From positions 1-64,000 of IMG/VR virus record IMGVR_UViG_3300020191_000005: a DNA stretch of 64,000 bases; one strand, given 5' to 3'. The stretch comes from an uncultured virus (IMG/VR IMGVR_UViG_3300020191_000005) (Duplodnaviria; Heunggongvirae; Uroviricota; Caudoviricetes). How positions within the stretch are numbered: the first letter of the stretch is position 1; every line of letters starts with the position of its first letter. The translations under genes were made by a program, and so were the position numbers. The notes beneath the pieces are model-generated. The model worked only from the letters and a program-made list of their open reading frames with translations. It had not been told where the DNA came from and did no database searches. Shown piece after piece: positions 47,407 to 58,800 of this stretch.

Positions 47407-48237
47407 ATGAAACGTTTATTTGTGTTTGGATGTTCCTATACATCATGGAATTGGCCTACATATGCAGACATATATGCACAAGATTTCGATGAATATCAAA
47501 ACTGGGGACACGCAGGTTTAGGTAACAGAGCCATTGCTGAACGTGTTGCAGAATGCCATGCTACAAATGAAATTGACAAAGACGATACAGTAATCGTACA
47601 ATGGTCAAGTCATTTACGTTACGACTATCTTAACTTTAAGCACAAAGAACCTTGGCAAACTAAAGGTAGTATATTCAGTTATCAGAATAAAGAAGTATTT
47701 GATGATAAATGGATAGAAACTTTTTATGATGAGAAAGCATTGTTTTTACATACAATGAATAACATCATACTTACTAAAGGATTATTAAAAGATACTAATT
47801 GCAAGTTTTATTTTACAAGTATTAGTAACTTAGAAACGTTAGGTACTGATATACCGCATCAAAAAGGACATGGAGAAAATTTAAGAAATACTCCCGAACT
47901 TGCTGATGCATTTAAAGAATTTAATTTAGAACAATATAGATATGTGTTAGAAGGACCTGAATGGTTAGAACCTTTAGGGTTACATGCTTGGAATAGTCCA
48001 GAACACAGTTGGTGGTTTGAAGAAAACGGTGAAAAATGGGTAGAGTTACACCCTAGTCCAACACAACATTTAAGTTTTGTGCAGTCATATTTAAACCAGA
48101 ACTTAGATGATACAACGAAAAAAATGATAGATACTGTTATAGAGTGTAAAACTAATGACTATAAACAAACTATTAAAAATATTACTAAGTTAGTAAATTG
48201 GGATAGAAGTTACAGAGGAATAAAAGATGCCAACTAA
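47407..48237 (+). CDS. SGNH-hydrolase-like hypothetical protein
   Basis: LFVFGCSYT block I, G.GN block II, HP near C-terminus. Confidence 0.5.
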   Translation: MKRLFVFGCSYTSWNWPTYADIYAQDFDEYQNWGHAGLGNRAIAERVAECHATNEIDKDDTVIVQWSSHLRYDYLNFKHKEPWQTKGSIFSYQNKEVFDDKWIETFYDEKALFLHTMNNIILTKGLLKDTNCKFYFTSISNLETLGTDIPHQKGHGENLRNTPELADAFKEFNLEQYRYVLEGPEWLEPLGLHAWNSPEHSWWFEENGEKWVELHPSPTQHLSFVQSYLNQNLDDTTKKMIDTVIECKTNDYKQTIKNITKLVNWDRSYRGIKDAN

Positions 48238-50038
48238 AAAGCCAGTATGGATTGCAGGAATCGCTAGAGGACACAACGGCGGAGTATGTTTATTAAAAGA
48301 TGGTGAAATTGTTTTTTCAATTGAAGAAGAACGATTAACTAGACAAAAGTATGATGGCGGGCCATATGCAAGTATGGTTAAAATACTTGAATACACTGAT
48401 ACATTAGATTTTTTAGTTGTTGCACATACACAAAATTTAGATCAAACTGCTGGTAAAGTAGACTTTAGTGGAGACGATGTTTATACAGGTCTTGCACGTA
48501 AGTTAGGATTAATTAAAAGATTACCTTACACTGGTACATCTCATCCACAAGTAATTGACATGTCAAATATTCATCACAAGTTACATGCGGCTTGTGCATT
48601 TTATCGTTCAGGATTTGAAGATGCAGTAGCACTTATTGTAGATGGTGCAGGAACTTTTATTACATTAGATATTGGCGGGCAACCTACTACTGTTTGGGAA
48701 ACTGAAAGTATTTACGATTGTAATTATCCTGACAATTTTAAAACATTATACAAGCACATTGGTGCTAACGGTCCTTTAATGGGTGCTTGGATACCTGAGT
48801 TTTCAAGTGAAATGTATGACGAAGATAAAGAAGCTACACATGAGTTAGTTATTTCAGAAAATGCTGGAATTGTTAAAGCATATGAGGCAGTAACAGAATA
48901 CTGTGGATTTAGTTTTATTGAAGCAGGCAAGACTATGGGACTATTTCCATATGGAAAAGCTGATACTGCACCAAAAATCTTTAGACATGATACATTAACT
49001 TCACAAGCAGATAGACATGTTATTGTTCCAACATATCCTAATGGAGCTCATGTTAATTACAATATGCACCCTTACTTAACTGACCACGGCGACAATCCAG
49101 AAACGCAAGACGTAACCTATTTAGAAAATAGACGCAACATGGCATATAATATTCAAACTGAAAGCCAAGAAGAAGTTGTTAAATTAATTCGTAAAGCAGT
49201 TCAAATGTCAGGAAAAAATAAAGTAGTTATTAGTGGAGGATATGGACTTAACTGTGTTGCTAACTATCATTATTTAGAAGCATTAAAAGATGACGGAATT
49301 GAAATCTATGTTGAGCCAGTAAGTAACGATGCAGGTACAGCCATGGGCGGTGCAATGTTAATGCACAGACGTTTAACTAAAAGTAACAAAGTTCAAAAAC
49401 AACAAGAAACATTATATGAAGGACCGGCTTACTGTTATTCTGAAGATGATATTAACAAAGTAGTAGAAAAATACGAAGCAACTGTTGAAGATTGCGACAA
49501 CGCAAAAGCAGTAGAATTATTAGTAGATAGAAAAATCGTTACATTATTCCAAGGACGTTCAGAAAACGGACCACGTGCATTAGGTAATAGAACTATTATG
49601 TACGATCCAACAGATCCTAATGGTAAAGATTATGTAAACAAAGTTAAAAGACGTGAATACTTTCGTCCGTTTGCAGGATCTATTTTAGAAGAAGATGTAC
49701 ATGAATGGTTTGACCTACGTGGAATGAAAAGTTCACCAACAATGATGTATGCTGTAAACTGCCAAGACGGCATTGCAGATAAGATTCCAAGTATTATTCA
49801 TGTTGACGGAACATGTCGTATTCAAACTGTTAATAGAGATCAAAATAAACACTACTATGATGTAATTAAAGCATTTAAAGAACGCACAGGTATTAGTATT
49901 ATCTTTAATACAAGTTTTAATTTAGGTGGCGAGCCTTTAGTTGAAACACTTGATGATGCAGTACGTACACTTGCTAATAGTGACATCGAATATCTTTATC
50001 TACCTGAATATCAAAAGCTAGTAACATTAAAAAATTAG
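48227..50038 (+). CDS. Carbamoyltransferase, NodU/CmcH/TobZ family
   Basis: EEERLTRQK, HHKLHA, VDGAG, GKTMGL, LNCVAN, GPRALGNR, RPFA, HVDGTCRIQTV, NTSFN. Confidence 0.92.
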   Translation: MPTKKPVWIAGIARGHNGGVCLLKDGEIVFSIEEERLTRQKYDGGPYASMVKILEYTDTLDFLVVAHTQNLDQTAGKVDFSGDDVYTGLARKLGLIKRLPYTGTSHPQVIDMSNIHHKLHAACAFYRSGFEDAVALIVDGAGTFITLDIGGQPTTVWETESIYDCNYPDNFKTLYKHIGANGPLMGAWIPEFSSEMYDEDKEATHELVISENAGIVKAYEAVTEYCGFSFIEAGKTMGLFPYGKADTAPKIFRHDTLTSQADRHVIVPTYPNGAHVNYNMHPYLTDHGDNPETQDVTYLENRRNMAYNIQTESQEEVVKLIRKAVQMSGKNKVVISGGYGLNCVANYHYLEALKDDGIEIYVEPVSNDAGTAMGGAMLMHRRLTKSNKVQKQQETLYEGPAYCYSEDDINKVVEKYEATVEDCDNAKAVELLVDRKIVTLFQGRSENGPRALGNRTIMYDPTDPNGKDYVNKVKRREYFRPFAGSILEEDVHEWFDLRGMKSSPTMMYAVNCQDGIADKIPSIIHVDGTCRIQTVNRDQNKHYYDVIKAFKERTGISIIFNTSFNLGGEPLVETLDDAVRTLANSDIEYLYLPEYQKLVTLKN

Positions 50039-50138
50039 TAAATTACACCCATTAGACCTGCGATATTTAGGTATTTCTCATAACTCGTAACAGTCTGCAA
50101 ATTAGGTAAATATACTAAAGAGGAATGTAAAAGGTAAA

Positions 50139-51833
50139 ATGAGCTTCGATATCACCAAATATTTTAGACGTGGACAAAACAGTACAATTGAGTTTCGTAA
50201 CGGAACCAACTTGTCTTACGCAGGTCCAAGTTATACACTAGTAGAATCAGGAACAGAATTAGATCGCTGGTATGTAGGAAGTTATTTCGGTGTTGAATAT
50301 ACTGTTGCGTGTGATGTAAACAGTGAACGCAAAGAAGTTCTTAAGTGTTTAGCAACTGCTAGTACTAGTGAAGCAAATATTGTTGTATATGGACGTAGTA
50401 ATTTAGGAAACGATCTAATACAATTAGAAGTTGAAGTTACAGATTCATTCTTTAAATTAGTAGCATATCCAAGAGTACAAGATGACTCAACAGCTATCCA
50501 AGGTGCAAAAGTAATTTATTCAGCAAATTATTATGCGACACAAAACGAACCTACAGCAACATTGTTAGGATCAAGCAGAGCGGCCGACGCACCAGTTTAT
50601 ACACTTAACCCAAGTACTACAAACACAGGCGAACTTGGACAAACAGTTACAATAACATTAGTTACATCAAATGTACTTGCAGGTACAGTATTACCTTATA
50701 CAATTTCAGGAATACAAAGTGCAGACATAGGCGGATTTAATCTTACAGGATCATTTATTGTTGGTACTACTGATATTCTTAGTTTTCCAATTACTGTTGA
50801 TTCAACTTCAGAAGGACAAGAAGTACTGCAAATTAAACTTGACAACAACCAAGCTACTACAAGTATTGTTATTCAAGATACAAGTACAACACCATCTGTT
50901 AGTTACGGACTTACATCAACAGCGGCAAGTGTTAACGAAGGTGAATCATTTACAATTACTCTAACAGCAGAAAATGTTGAAGAAGGAACTTTAGTTGGAT
51001 ATACAATTACTGGCGTTGACAGTTCAGACATAGGCGGCGCTGATCTATCTGGAAACTTTGAAGTAGGAACTACAGAATCTATTGTGTTTACTGCGGCTGA
51101 AGATTTAAATACTGACGGCGACGAAACTTTTGTAATGTCAATTGACGGTACTGCTACAACAGTTGAAGTTGCGTTTGGCGACACAAGTTTAAGTCCTTTA
51201 ATTCCAAGTTATACTTTAGGATCAACACAGACAACAGTTAACGAAGGAAACGCATTTACAATTACACTTAGCACTTCAAATGTTGACAATGGTACAGTAC
51301 TACCTTATACAATTACAGGTGTTACTAGTGCAGATTTAGCAGGAGCTTCTTTAACAGGTAACTTTGTTGTTGGTACAACAGACTCATTAACATTTACTGC
51401 AACTGCTGATGCAACAACAGAAGGCGATGAAGGATTTGTAATTTCATTAGATAATGGCGAATCAACATTTAACTTAGCTATTGTCGACACAAGTACAACA
51501 CCAGGAGATAGCTATACAATTAATACAACTAATGACGGGTCAGGTGCATATGTATTATCAGGCACAGACGCATTAGGAGCAGTTTCCGGAAATAATCAAA
51601 CAGTTACAGTTAGTGTTGGCGATACACTTACATTTGCTGTTAATGCTCCAGGACATCCGTTCTACATTAAGACAGTAAACTCAACAGGTACTGGCAATGT
51701 TGTTTCACCAGCGGCTACAGGCCAAGGTTCAACATCAGGAAATGTAGTTTGGGAACCTACTGCGGCAGGAACATATCATTATAATTGTCAATTCCATGGT
51801 GCAATGCATGGATTAATAGTAGTACAAAACTAG
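50139..51833 (+). CDS. Structural protein with three Ig/Calx-beta-like repeats and C-terminal cupredoxin-like domain
   Basis: (V/T)NEG..FTITL...NV..GT...YTI.G repeats; GHPFYI...YNCQFHGAM. Confidence 0.65.
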   Translation: MSFDITKYFRRGQNSTIEFRNGTNLSYAGPSYTLVESGTELDRWYVGSYFGVEYTVACDVNSERKEVLKCLATASTSEANIVVYGRSNLGNDLIQLEVEVTDSFFKLVAYPRVQDDSTAIQGAKVIYSANYYATQNEPTATLLGSSRAADAPVYTLNPSTTNTGELGQTVTITLVTSNVLAGTVLPYTISGIQSADIGGFNLTGSFIVGTTDILSFPITVDSTSEGQEVLQIKLDNNQATTSIVIQDTSTTPSVSYGLTSTAASVNEGESFTITLTAENVEEGTLVGYTITGVDSSDIGGADLSGNFEVGTTESIVFTAAEDLNTDGDETFVMSIDGTATTVEVAFGDTSLSPLIPSYTLGSTQTTVNEGNAFTITLSTSNVDNGTVLPYTITGVTSADLAGASLTGNFVVGTTDSLTFTATADATTEGDEGFVISLDNGESTFNLAIVDTSTTPGDSYTINTTNDGSGAYVLSGTDALGAVSGNNQTVTVSVGDTLTFAVNAPGHPFYIKTVNSTGTGNVVSPAATGQGSTSGNVVWEPTAAGTYHYNCQFHGAMHGLIVVQN

Positions 51834-51858
51834 TGATAAATACTATTGGAGAACATAA

Positions 51859-52887
51859 ATGGCAGTAATTAAATCACCCTTTCAAGCACAGTATGGATTT
51901 ACTAGTCCAGGGTTTGAAGTTGACGAAGTTGGTAATGTTAGTGTACGCACATTAACATATACCGTTGTCGACGAGGTTGTTGATACAGCTGGCGATTTCT
52001 TATTTAGACAAGCAGGTAACGGATTTACTATTGACGAAGTATATAATCCAGACGAACCAGATGAGTTATTACTAAATCCACCAATTGAGCTTGTTCGAGG
52101 AAGTAGTTATGTTTTTAACTTATTTTTAAGAGAATTAAATGAAGCTGGTGATATAACTGGTGACATCACAATGAATATATTCAGCTTTGATGGTAGTGTA
52201 TATTCTAACTTTAATACAGGGCTAACACATACTTCTAAAGACGGTCTTACAACACTTACAGGCAATGATGCACAAAGTAAATTTGAAGGTAAAATAACCT
52301 TTGCAGTTCCAGATAATGCACCAGCAACATTATGGTATGGTGACGGTGACCAAATACCTTTAGTAGAAATTACAGTTATTGATCCACTAGTTAGTGGTAT
52401 TGGTAATTTTAGTAGAATTACAACAACCGGTAACTTAACAGCCCAGGGTGAGAATGCAGTTATTACACTATCTCCAACTGGAAGTTCAGGAACAGTAGTA
52501 ATAAATCCATCAAACGGTGGAACACTTAATAACATGGATATTACTGCTAACTTATTAACAGTAACAGATACTGCAAACTTTACAGGTTTAAATGCGAATG
52601 TAAATGTAAGCCCAACAGGTAGTGGTAGATTAACTATTGCACCAGCAGGTGGCGGCAATATAGATGGTGTAAGTATTGGTTCGACTAAGCCAGGGTCAGT
52701 TATCACTAACAACCTAACAGCAACCGCAGGAACAATAAATAACACTACAATTGGAGCAGTAACTCCGGCTAATGCAACGTTTGCTTCGGCACAAGTACAA
52801 GCAAACCCAACAACAGCTACAACAGTTACTAACAAAAAATATGTAGACAGTAGGGCATCAGCAATGGCTGTTGCTTTCGGAATGTAG
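51859..52887 (+). CDS. Fibre-like structural protein
   Basis: T/G/N-rich repeats, NKKYVD motif; TAAATA at 51837. Confidence 0.55.
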   Translation: MAVIKSPFQAQYGFTSPGFEVDEVGNVSVRTLTYTVVDEVVDTAGDFLFRQAGNGFTIDEVYNPDEPDELLLNPPIELVRGSSYVFNLFLRELNEAGDITGDITMNIFSFDGSVYSNFNTGLTHTSKDGLTTLTGNDAQSKFEGKITFAVPDNAPATLWYGDGDQIPLVEITVIDPLVSGIGNFSRITTTGNLTAQGENAVITLSPTGSSGTVVINPSNGGTLNNMDITANLLTVTDTANFTGLNANVNVSPTGSGRLTIAPAGGGNIDGVSIGSTKPGSVITNNLTATAGTINNTTIGAVTPANATFASAQVQANPTTATTVTNKKYVDSRASAMAVAFGM

Positions 52888-52895
52888 GAAAACAG

Positions 52896-55800
52896 ATGGC
52901 AAAGAAAAAAATTGACTCGTATATATTTCAACCAGGAATTCCTATTAGTGAAAATAGATTTCCGTATGCATACAGTCTAATAAAATCAAACATTAACTTT
53001 ATTGTTGAAGAACTGTCAGCATGGCTTACTGCACAAGTTGCGGCAAATACAGGTAATCCAGGATCAATATGGTACAACTACACATACAATGATGTACTAT
53101 GTAGACGAGATACACGATACAATTTAGAAGGTACAGACGGAGCAACCGGCGTACTTTGGGATTTGCGTTATGGCGGAAATTATCAAGCACGTTTCTTAGC
53201 AAGTAAGTATTGGATTAATTCAACTCCGCAGATTGATGGTGATAGAGCTCCTGAAATTGCGGCTAAGAACTTTGTTGTTAGTTTAATTAATAACTACATT
53301 CTACCACAAGTTCCTTACACAAGTTTACAATCAGAACCACCAGCACAAGTGCAAGTTTATGACAACGGCAGTAACTATGAAACAGGTACTGATGCAAGAA
53401 TAACAGAACTAATGGGAATCATTACAACTGTTATTGCAGGCGGCTTAGATGTTATTCCTCCACTACAGAGATCACAAATTTCAAGTGTTAAAATTCAAAC
53501 TCGTGTTCCTGCAAACGATTTATTGTTGATTACAGATTCAACAAACAACGAAATTTTATATAACTTTAGTGACCCTGATTTAGGTGCGTCAACTGCATTC
53601 CAAACAGATGATACTTCACAGTTAACTAAAGGTATTGAAGAAGACTTTCCAAAGTTCCTTGAAAGAACTGGTACAGTTACTACAGTATACCTAAAGAAAG
53701 ATACAGATAATAGAGTTTATTCTCCAAAAGCAGTAGCACTATTAGAAGCAAACTTAGAGTTTTTAAAGAAAGAAACTGTTGCTTGGATTGCAGGTAAAGT
53801 TGCGGCAAGTACAAGATTTACTCCAACTGCGGCAACATTTAGTCCAGCAAGTGGCCAAATGGTTTTAACAATTCCTAGTCATACGTTTTATAGAGGAGAT
53901 TATATTAGAATTGCTCCTGGTGGTTTAACATTTACTTGTGCTAAAGATAATCATGCTACTGAACATGCATATCCAAGAGCAAGTGGTGTGCCTAATGATA
54001 CAGGAACAGATCCAACTTATAATAAACCAATTTTAATTGAAAGTTCTACTACAGACACAGTTACAATTAATGTTGGTATTTCATCTGATACTTCAGATCA
54101 CATATTTGTATCAGCAACAGCTAATGCAATTTCAGATGTATGGTACAACTATACATACAATACTGCTAAGTGTGAAAGAGATATGGGATTTAATATTGAA
54201 GGAATTACACACGATATTAAATATTCTGGAAATACAAAAACACATTACAATGCTAGTAAGTATTGGGTACAAACTACGCCACAAATTGACGGCGATAGAA
54301 TGCCAGAAATTTTAGCAAAACATTTTGCTAGAGATGTAATTAACAATTACATTTTTTCAAATACACTATACCCAACAGAACAAGTTGGTGCAGGTGCAAT
54401 TTCACAAAATACTATTTTACAAATTAGTGAATTAAATGTTAGTCAAAGAGTAACAGAACTATTTGGTGTTATTACAAACGTTATTGAAAACGGATTAAAT
54501 GTATTACCAATCAAAGAAGAAGTTAAACAATTTTACGATACAGATGATATTCAAATCTTTATTGATCAAGGTGATGTTATTACTAGACCACATGACTTTG
54601 GTACAGATGCTATTGAACGTATGCGTGTTAGTAACTCAGTATCTATGCTTGATGCTGACTTTGAATACGGGTTACAGCCCACTAAATGGCAAGCGATTGC
54701 TATGCAAAGAGGATATCCAAGTATTTACGAAGTACCAGGTACTGATACACAAGTATCATCAGTTGTAACAGATGCATCAGTTGGAACTGATGGTATTGGC
54801 CAAAGTAAAATTACTGTAACAACAGTTGGACCACATGGTATTACGGCAGGTACTCCTATTACAATTAAAGCATTAGAAAATAGTGTTGCTGGAGCAAGTA
54901 GAGCAGAAGGATCATTTGTAGTTTCAACTGTTCCAACAGATAATACATTTACATTTTTTGCAAAATCAAAAGTTGGTGTTACTAACGGTGAAGTATTATC
55001 AACATTCTACACACAATTAAGACAAGCTGGATTTTATACAGGTGCGGCAATTGGCCAACCACAGTTTAGTATCTTATCACAAGGTGCTGAAGGAACATTT
55101 GTCAACCCATTAACGGCGGCAGAAGGTGCAAATATTATTACATGGTCTGGTGTTGCTCCAGAAGTTGGTTCTCCAGTGGTTAACGAAAGCGGACAAGTAT
55201 CAACTGTTGGTACATATGGAGCGGCTGATGCTTCACGTTTAGCAGGAACATATTCAGTAAGCACAGGTAGTTCCGATAGTATTGCGGCGGATTTAATTGT
55301 AGGTACATATACTATTGTTGTTGACGGCACAGGTGCCGCGACAGTTACAGCAATTGAAAATCCAGGACGAAATAATGCTCCAGGAGATATTATTACTATT
55401 TCAGATGCATCATTAGGAAACGGCGGTGGTGCTGATTGGACTTTTGTTGTTGCAACGGTTGCTACCGGAGCAGGCATTGCAGTTGGCGCTCAGGTTACAA
55501 GTTTAACTGGTGGCGGAGTAGGATTTGAAAACGGTGGTACATTAAATACTTTAGACGTTAGCGGAGATTTTCCAGCAGGCTCTAATGCTATTGATGTTGT
55601 TGATGCAACAGGTATTGTACAAGGTGAAGCAATTGATAGAGGTGACGGAACAGCGATTCATGTTACTACTATTGTAGGAAATACACTTAACTTTGATGGA
55701 AATACTACAGCAAACATTGTAGGAAATACAGTTAGTTACACAGGAATAACTGGTACTAATTATACATCATTGGGATCAGGCGCAACATTTAATATTGATA

Positions 55801-58800
55801 GAGGAAATCCTACTTTAGGACAATATACTGTTTCACTACAAACCGCAGGTATTAATTTTGAAGCAGGCGATGTATTAATTGTTGACGGACAACAATTAGG
55901 TGGTATATCAAATACTAATGATCTTAGAATTACAGTTGATACAGTTGACGGTAGTGGTGCAATTTTAACATTTAGCTTTACAGGTTCAGCGTTTGATGGT
56001 AATGCAGTATTTACAAATGTAACAGGTACTAATCTTAACGGCTTAGGTACTGGATTAATTCTTGATGTTACTAGTAGTGCTGGAACTTATACAGCAGTTA
56101 CAGATAATCCAACATACACTGATTTACCTCCAGAAACCCAAATTGGCGGAACTGGTGCGGCTTGGGACGTTGTATTAACAAATAACATTTACACAACTAC
56201 AAAAAATGCAGGCTCACTTGATGCTGGATACACAGTTGGATCAGTTATTAGAATTCCAGGTACTGTGTTTGGCGGAGCAAGTCCAACAAACGATTTAGAT
56301 ATTACTGTTGATTCAGTAGATGGCGCTGGTGCAATTTTAACATTCACTGATTCAGGAATTGGTGGCGATGCTGTAGCAAACTATTCCGCTGTACCATTTA
56401 CTACAAGTTCAATTGGTACTGGAGCTGAAATTAACATAGGGTTTACAGGAAATGTATATACAGTTACCGCTCCTGGTGCAGGATCAGGATACACACAAGG
56501 TGAAACTTTACTAGTTCTTGGTTCTGATTTAGGTGGCGCAAGTCCAGGAAACGATGCAACAGTTACTATCGACAGCGTTGGTGGTAGTGGTGAAATTACA
56601 GGAGTTTCAGTTACAGGTACGGCTGTTAATAGTGCAACATTTACTAATATTGTATCAGGATTTAATGTCTTTGGTACTGGAGCAACATTTAATGTTACTC
56701 AAAACGCTGACACAACTTATACTGTTGTATTAGGTTCAACAGCTGGAGATAGTTATGCTCAAGGTTCAACACTTACAATACTAGGTTCTAACGTTGGCGG
56801 TACATCACCAACCAACGATATTACTATTACAATTACATCAGTAGATGGCGCAGGAACAATTTTAAGTATTACACATACAGGTACATCAGCGGCTCCTACG
56901 CAGGGATTTGCAGTTGGCGACAGAATGTTTATTATAGGAGACACATTCCCAGGTGGAAGTAGTCCAACTAACGATGCACTCATAGAAGTAACATCTGTAA
57001 ATTCTGGTGTTATTACCGGATTTACTATTACTGGTACAGGACCAAATGCTAACGAAACATATCCAAGTGTAACGTATACATATCCAGCAGGAGCAGGTGT
57101 TGGTGCAGACTTCAGTGTTACAAAAACTGCAACAGTTTATGGAGTAAACATTACTAATGCAGGCGGCGGTTACTTAGTTGGCGAAACATTTGTAGTAGCA
57201 GGTACCGAACTAGGTGGTGCAACTCCAGCAAACGATGCAACAATTACTGTACTAACTATTGACAGTGGCGGAGAGATCCTAACTGTAAGTATTTCAGGAA
57301 CAGGTAATGATGAGGTTGTATACCAAGATATATCACAATCAGCAGGACAGATAACAACATTATCTGGTAGTACTGCAACATTTGATATTACAATTAGTAA
57401 CCAAGTATATTCAGCAGTAGTTAATACTCCAGGAACTGGATACTTTCCAGATCAAAACATACGTGTTCCGGGTACACAACTAGGTGGCGAAAGCCCAGCA
57501 AACGATTTAACAATTAATATTCTTACTACAGATAATAGCGGAACAAGAACCGGAGAAGGTTCAATTGCTTCAGTATCTACCGCAGGTACAGGACCAAGTG
57601 GAGTAGGATCATATGTTGATGTTGGTCCAACACCATTAGGAAACTTTGGTTCAAATGCAGAATTTACTATTCAAAGAACTAGTAGCAGTTATAGTAATCC
57701 AATAATTACAGTTGATGGTGAATCTTATGTAGCTGGTAATAAAATTAAAGTAGCAGGTACAGAGTTAGGAGGTACATCACCAACTAACGATGCAACAATT
57801 ACTATTGCTGAAGTAGCAACAGACGGTAGTATTGTTGACGCAAGTATTGTAGGAACAGCAGTTGCAGGAGATACAACAGTAACGTATGCAACAGTAACTA
57901 TGTCAGAATTAATAACTGCTCAAATACCAGCTAGAACATTAATTGGATTTGCGGCGTTGGCAACTACAGAAGTTTCATTTGCATCAGCACATGGATTGAT
58001 TCCAGGAGATGCATTTATTGTTACAGTTAACTCAGACGATGGCGTTAACAATCATACACTATTAGAAGGACCGTTCTTTGCACAACAGGTTCCAACTACA
58101 ACAAGTTTAAGATATCAGTGTAGAGCTCCAGGTACTATTACACAAACAGGTGATATTAGTGCAACGCTTTATCCAAGACCAGATAGTTTCTTTGTACACA
58201 GACCATATGATGGTGGAGTTATGCTTGGAACAGGAGGACCGCAACACGGTGCTCAAGCAATTAGACAGAGTAAAAAATATATTAGATACCAGTCAGGTAA
58301 AGGTATTATGTATACCACTGGTGCGTTGTTTGCTCCAAGTTACGATCTATTAGATGTAACAGCAGACGATCTACTAGCAGGTACTTTCATTACAGTTACA
58401 ACAGATGACGTTGACCATGGACTACAAGTTGGTGGACAAATTAGATTAATTGGTATTGAAACTCCAGGATATAATGGAAATTACACAGTAGCAAGTATTG
58501 TAAGTGAAAGAACATTTAAAGTTATTTCGCAAATTGCTCCTGCTTCATTAACACCAGTATTAAGTACAAGAGCCCAAGTATCATTACTTAACTGGCACGG
58601 TGCAACTGTGCGTTCAGGTGCATTTGATGATCAAAACGGAATCTTTATGGAGTACGATGGAACAAACTTTAGTGCAGTACAAAGAACTGCTACACTACAG
58701 TTAGCAGGTACTGTTGCAATTAATGTTGATTCAAACACATGTACAGGGTCAGGAACAAGATTTAGAGATCAGTTAAAAGCTGGTGATAGAATTGTTATTA

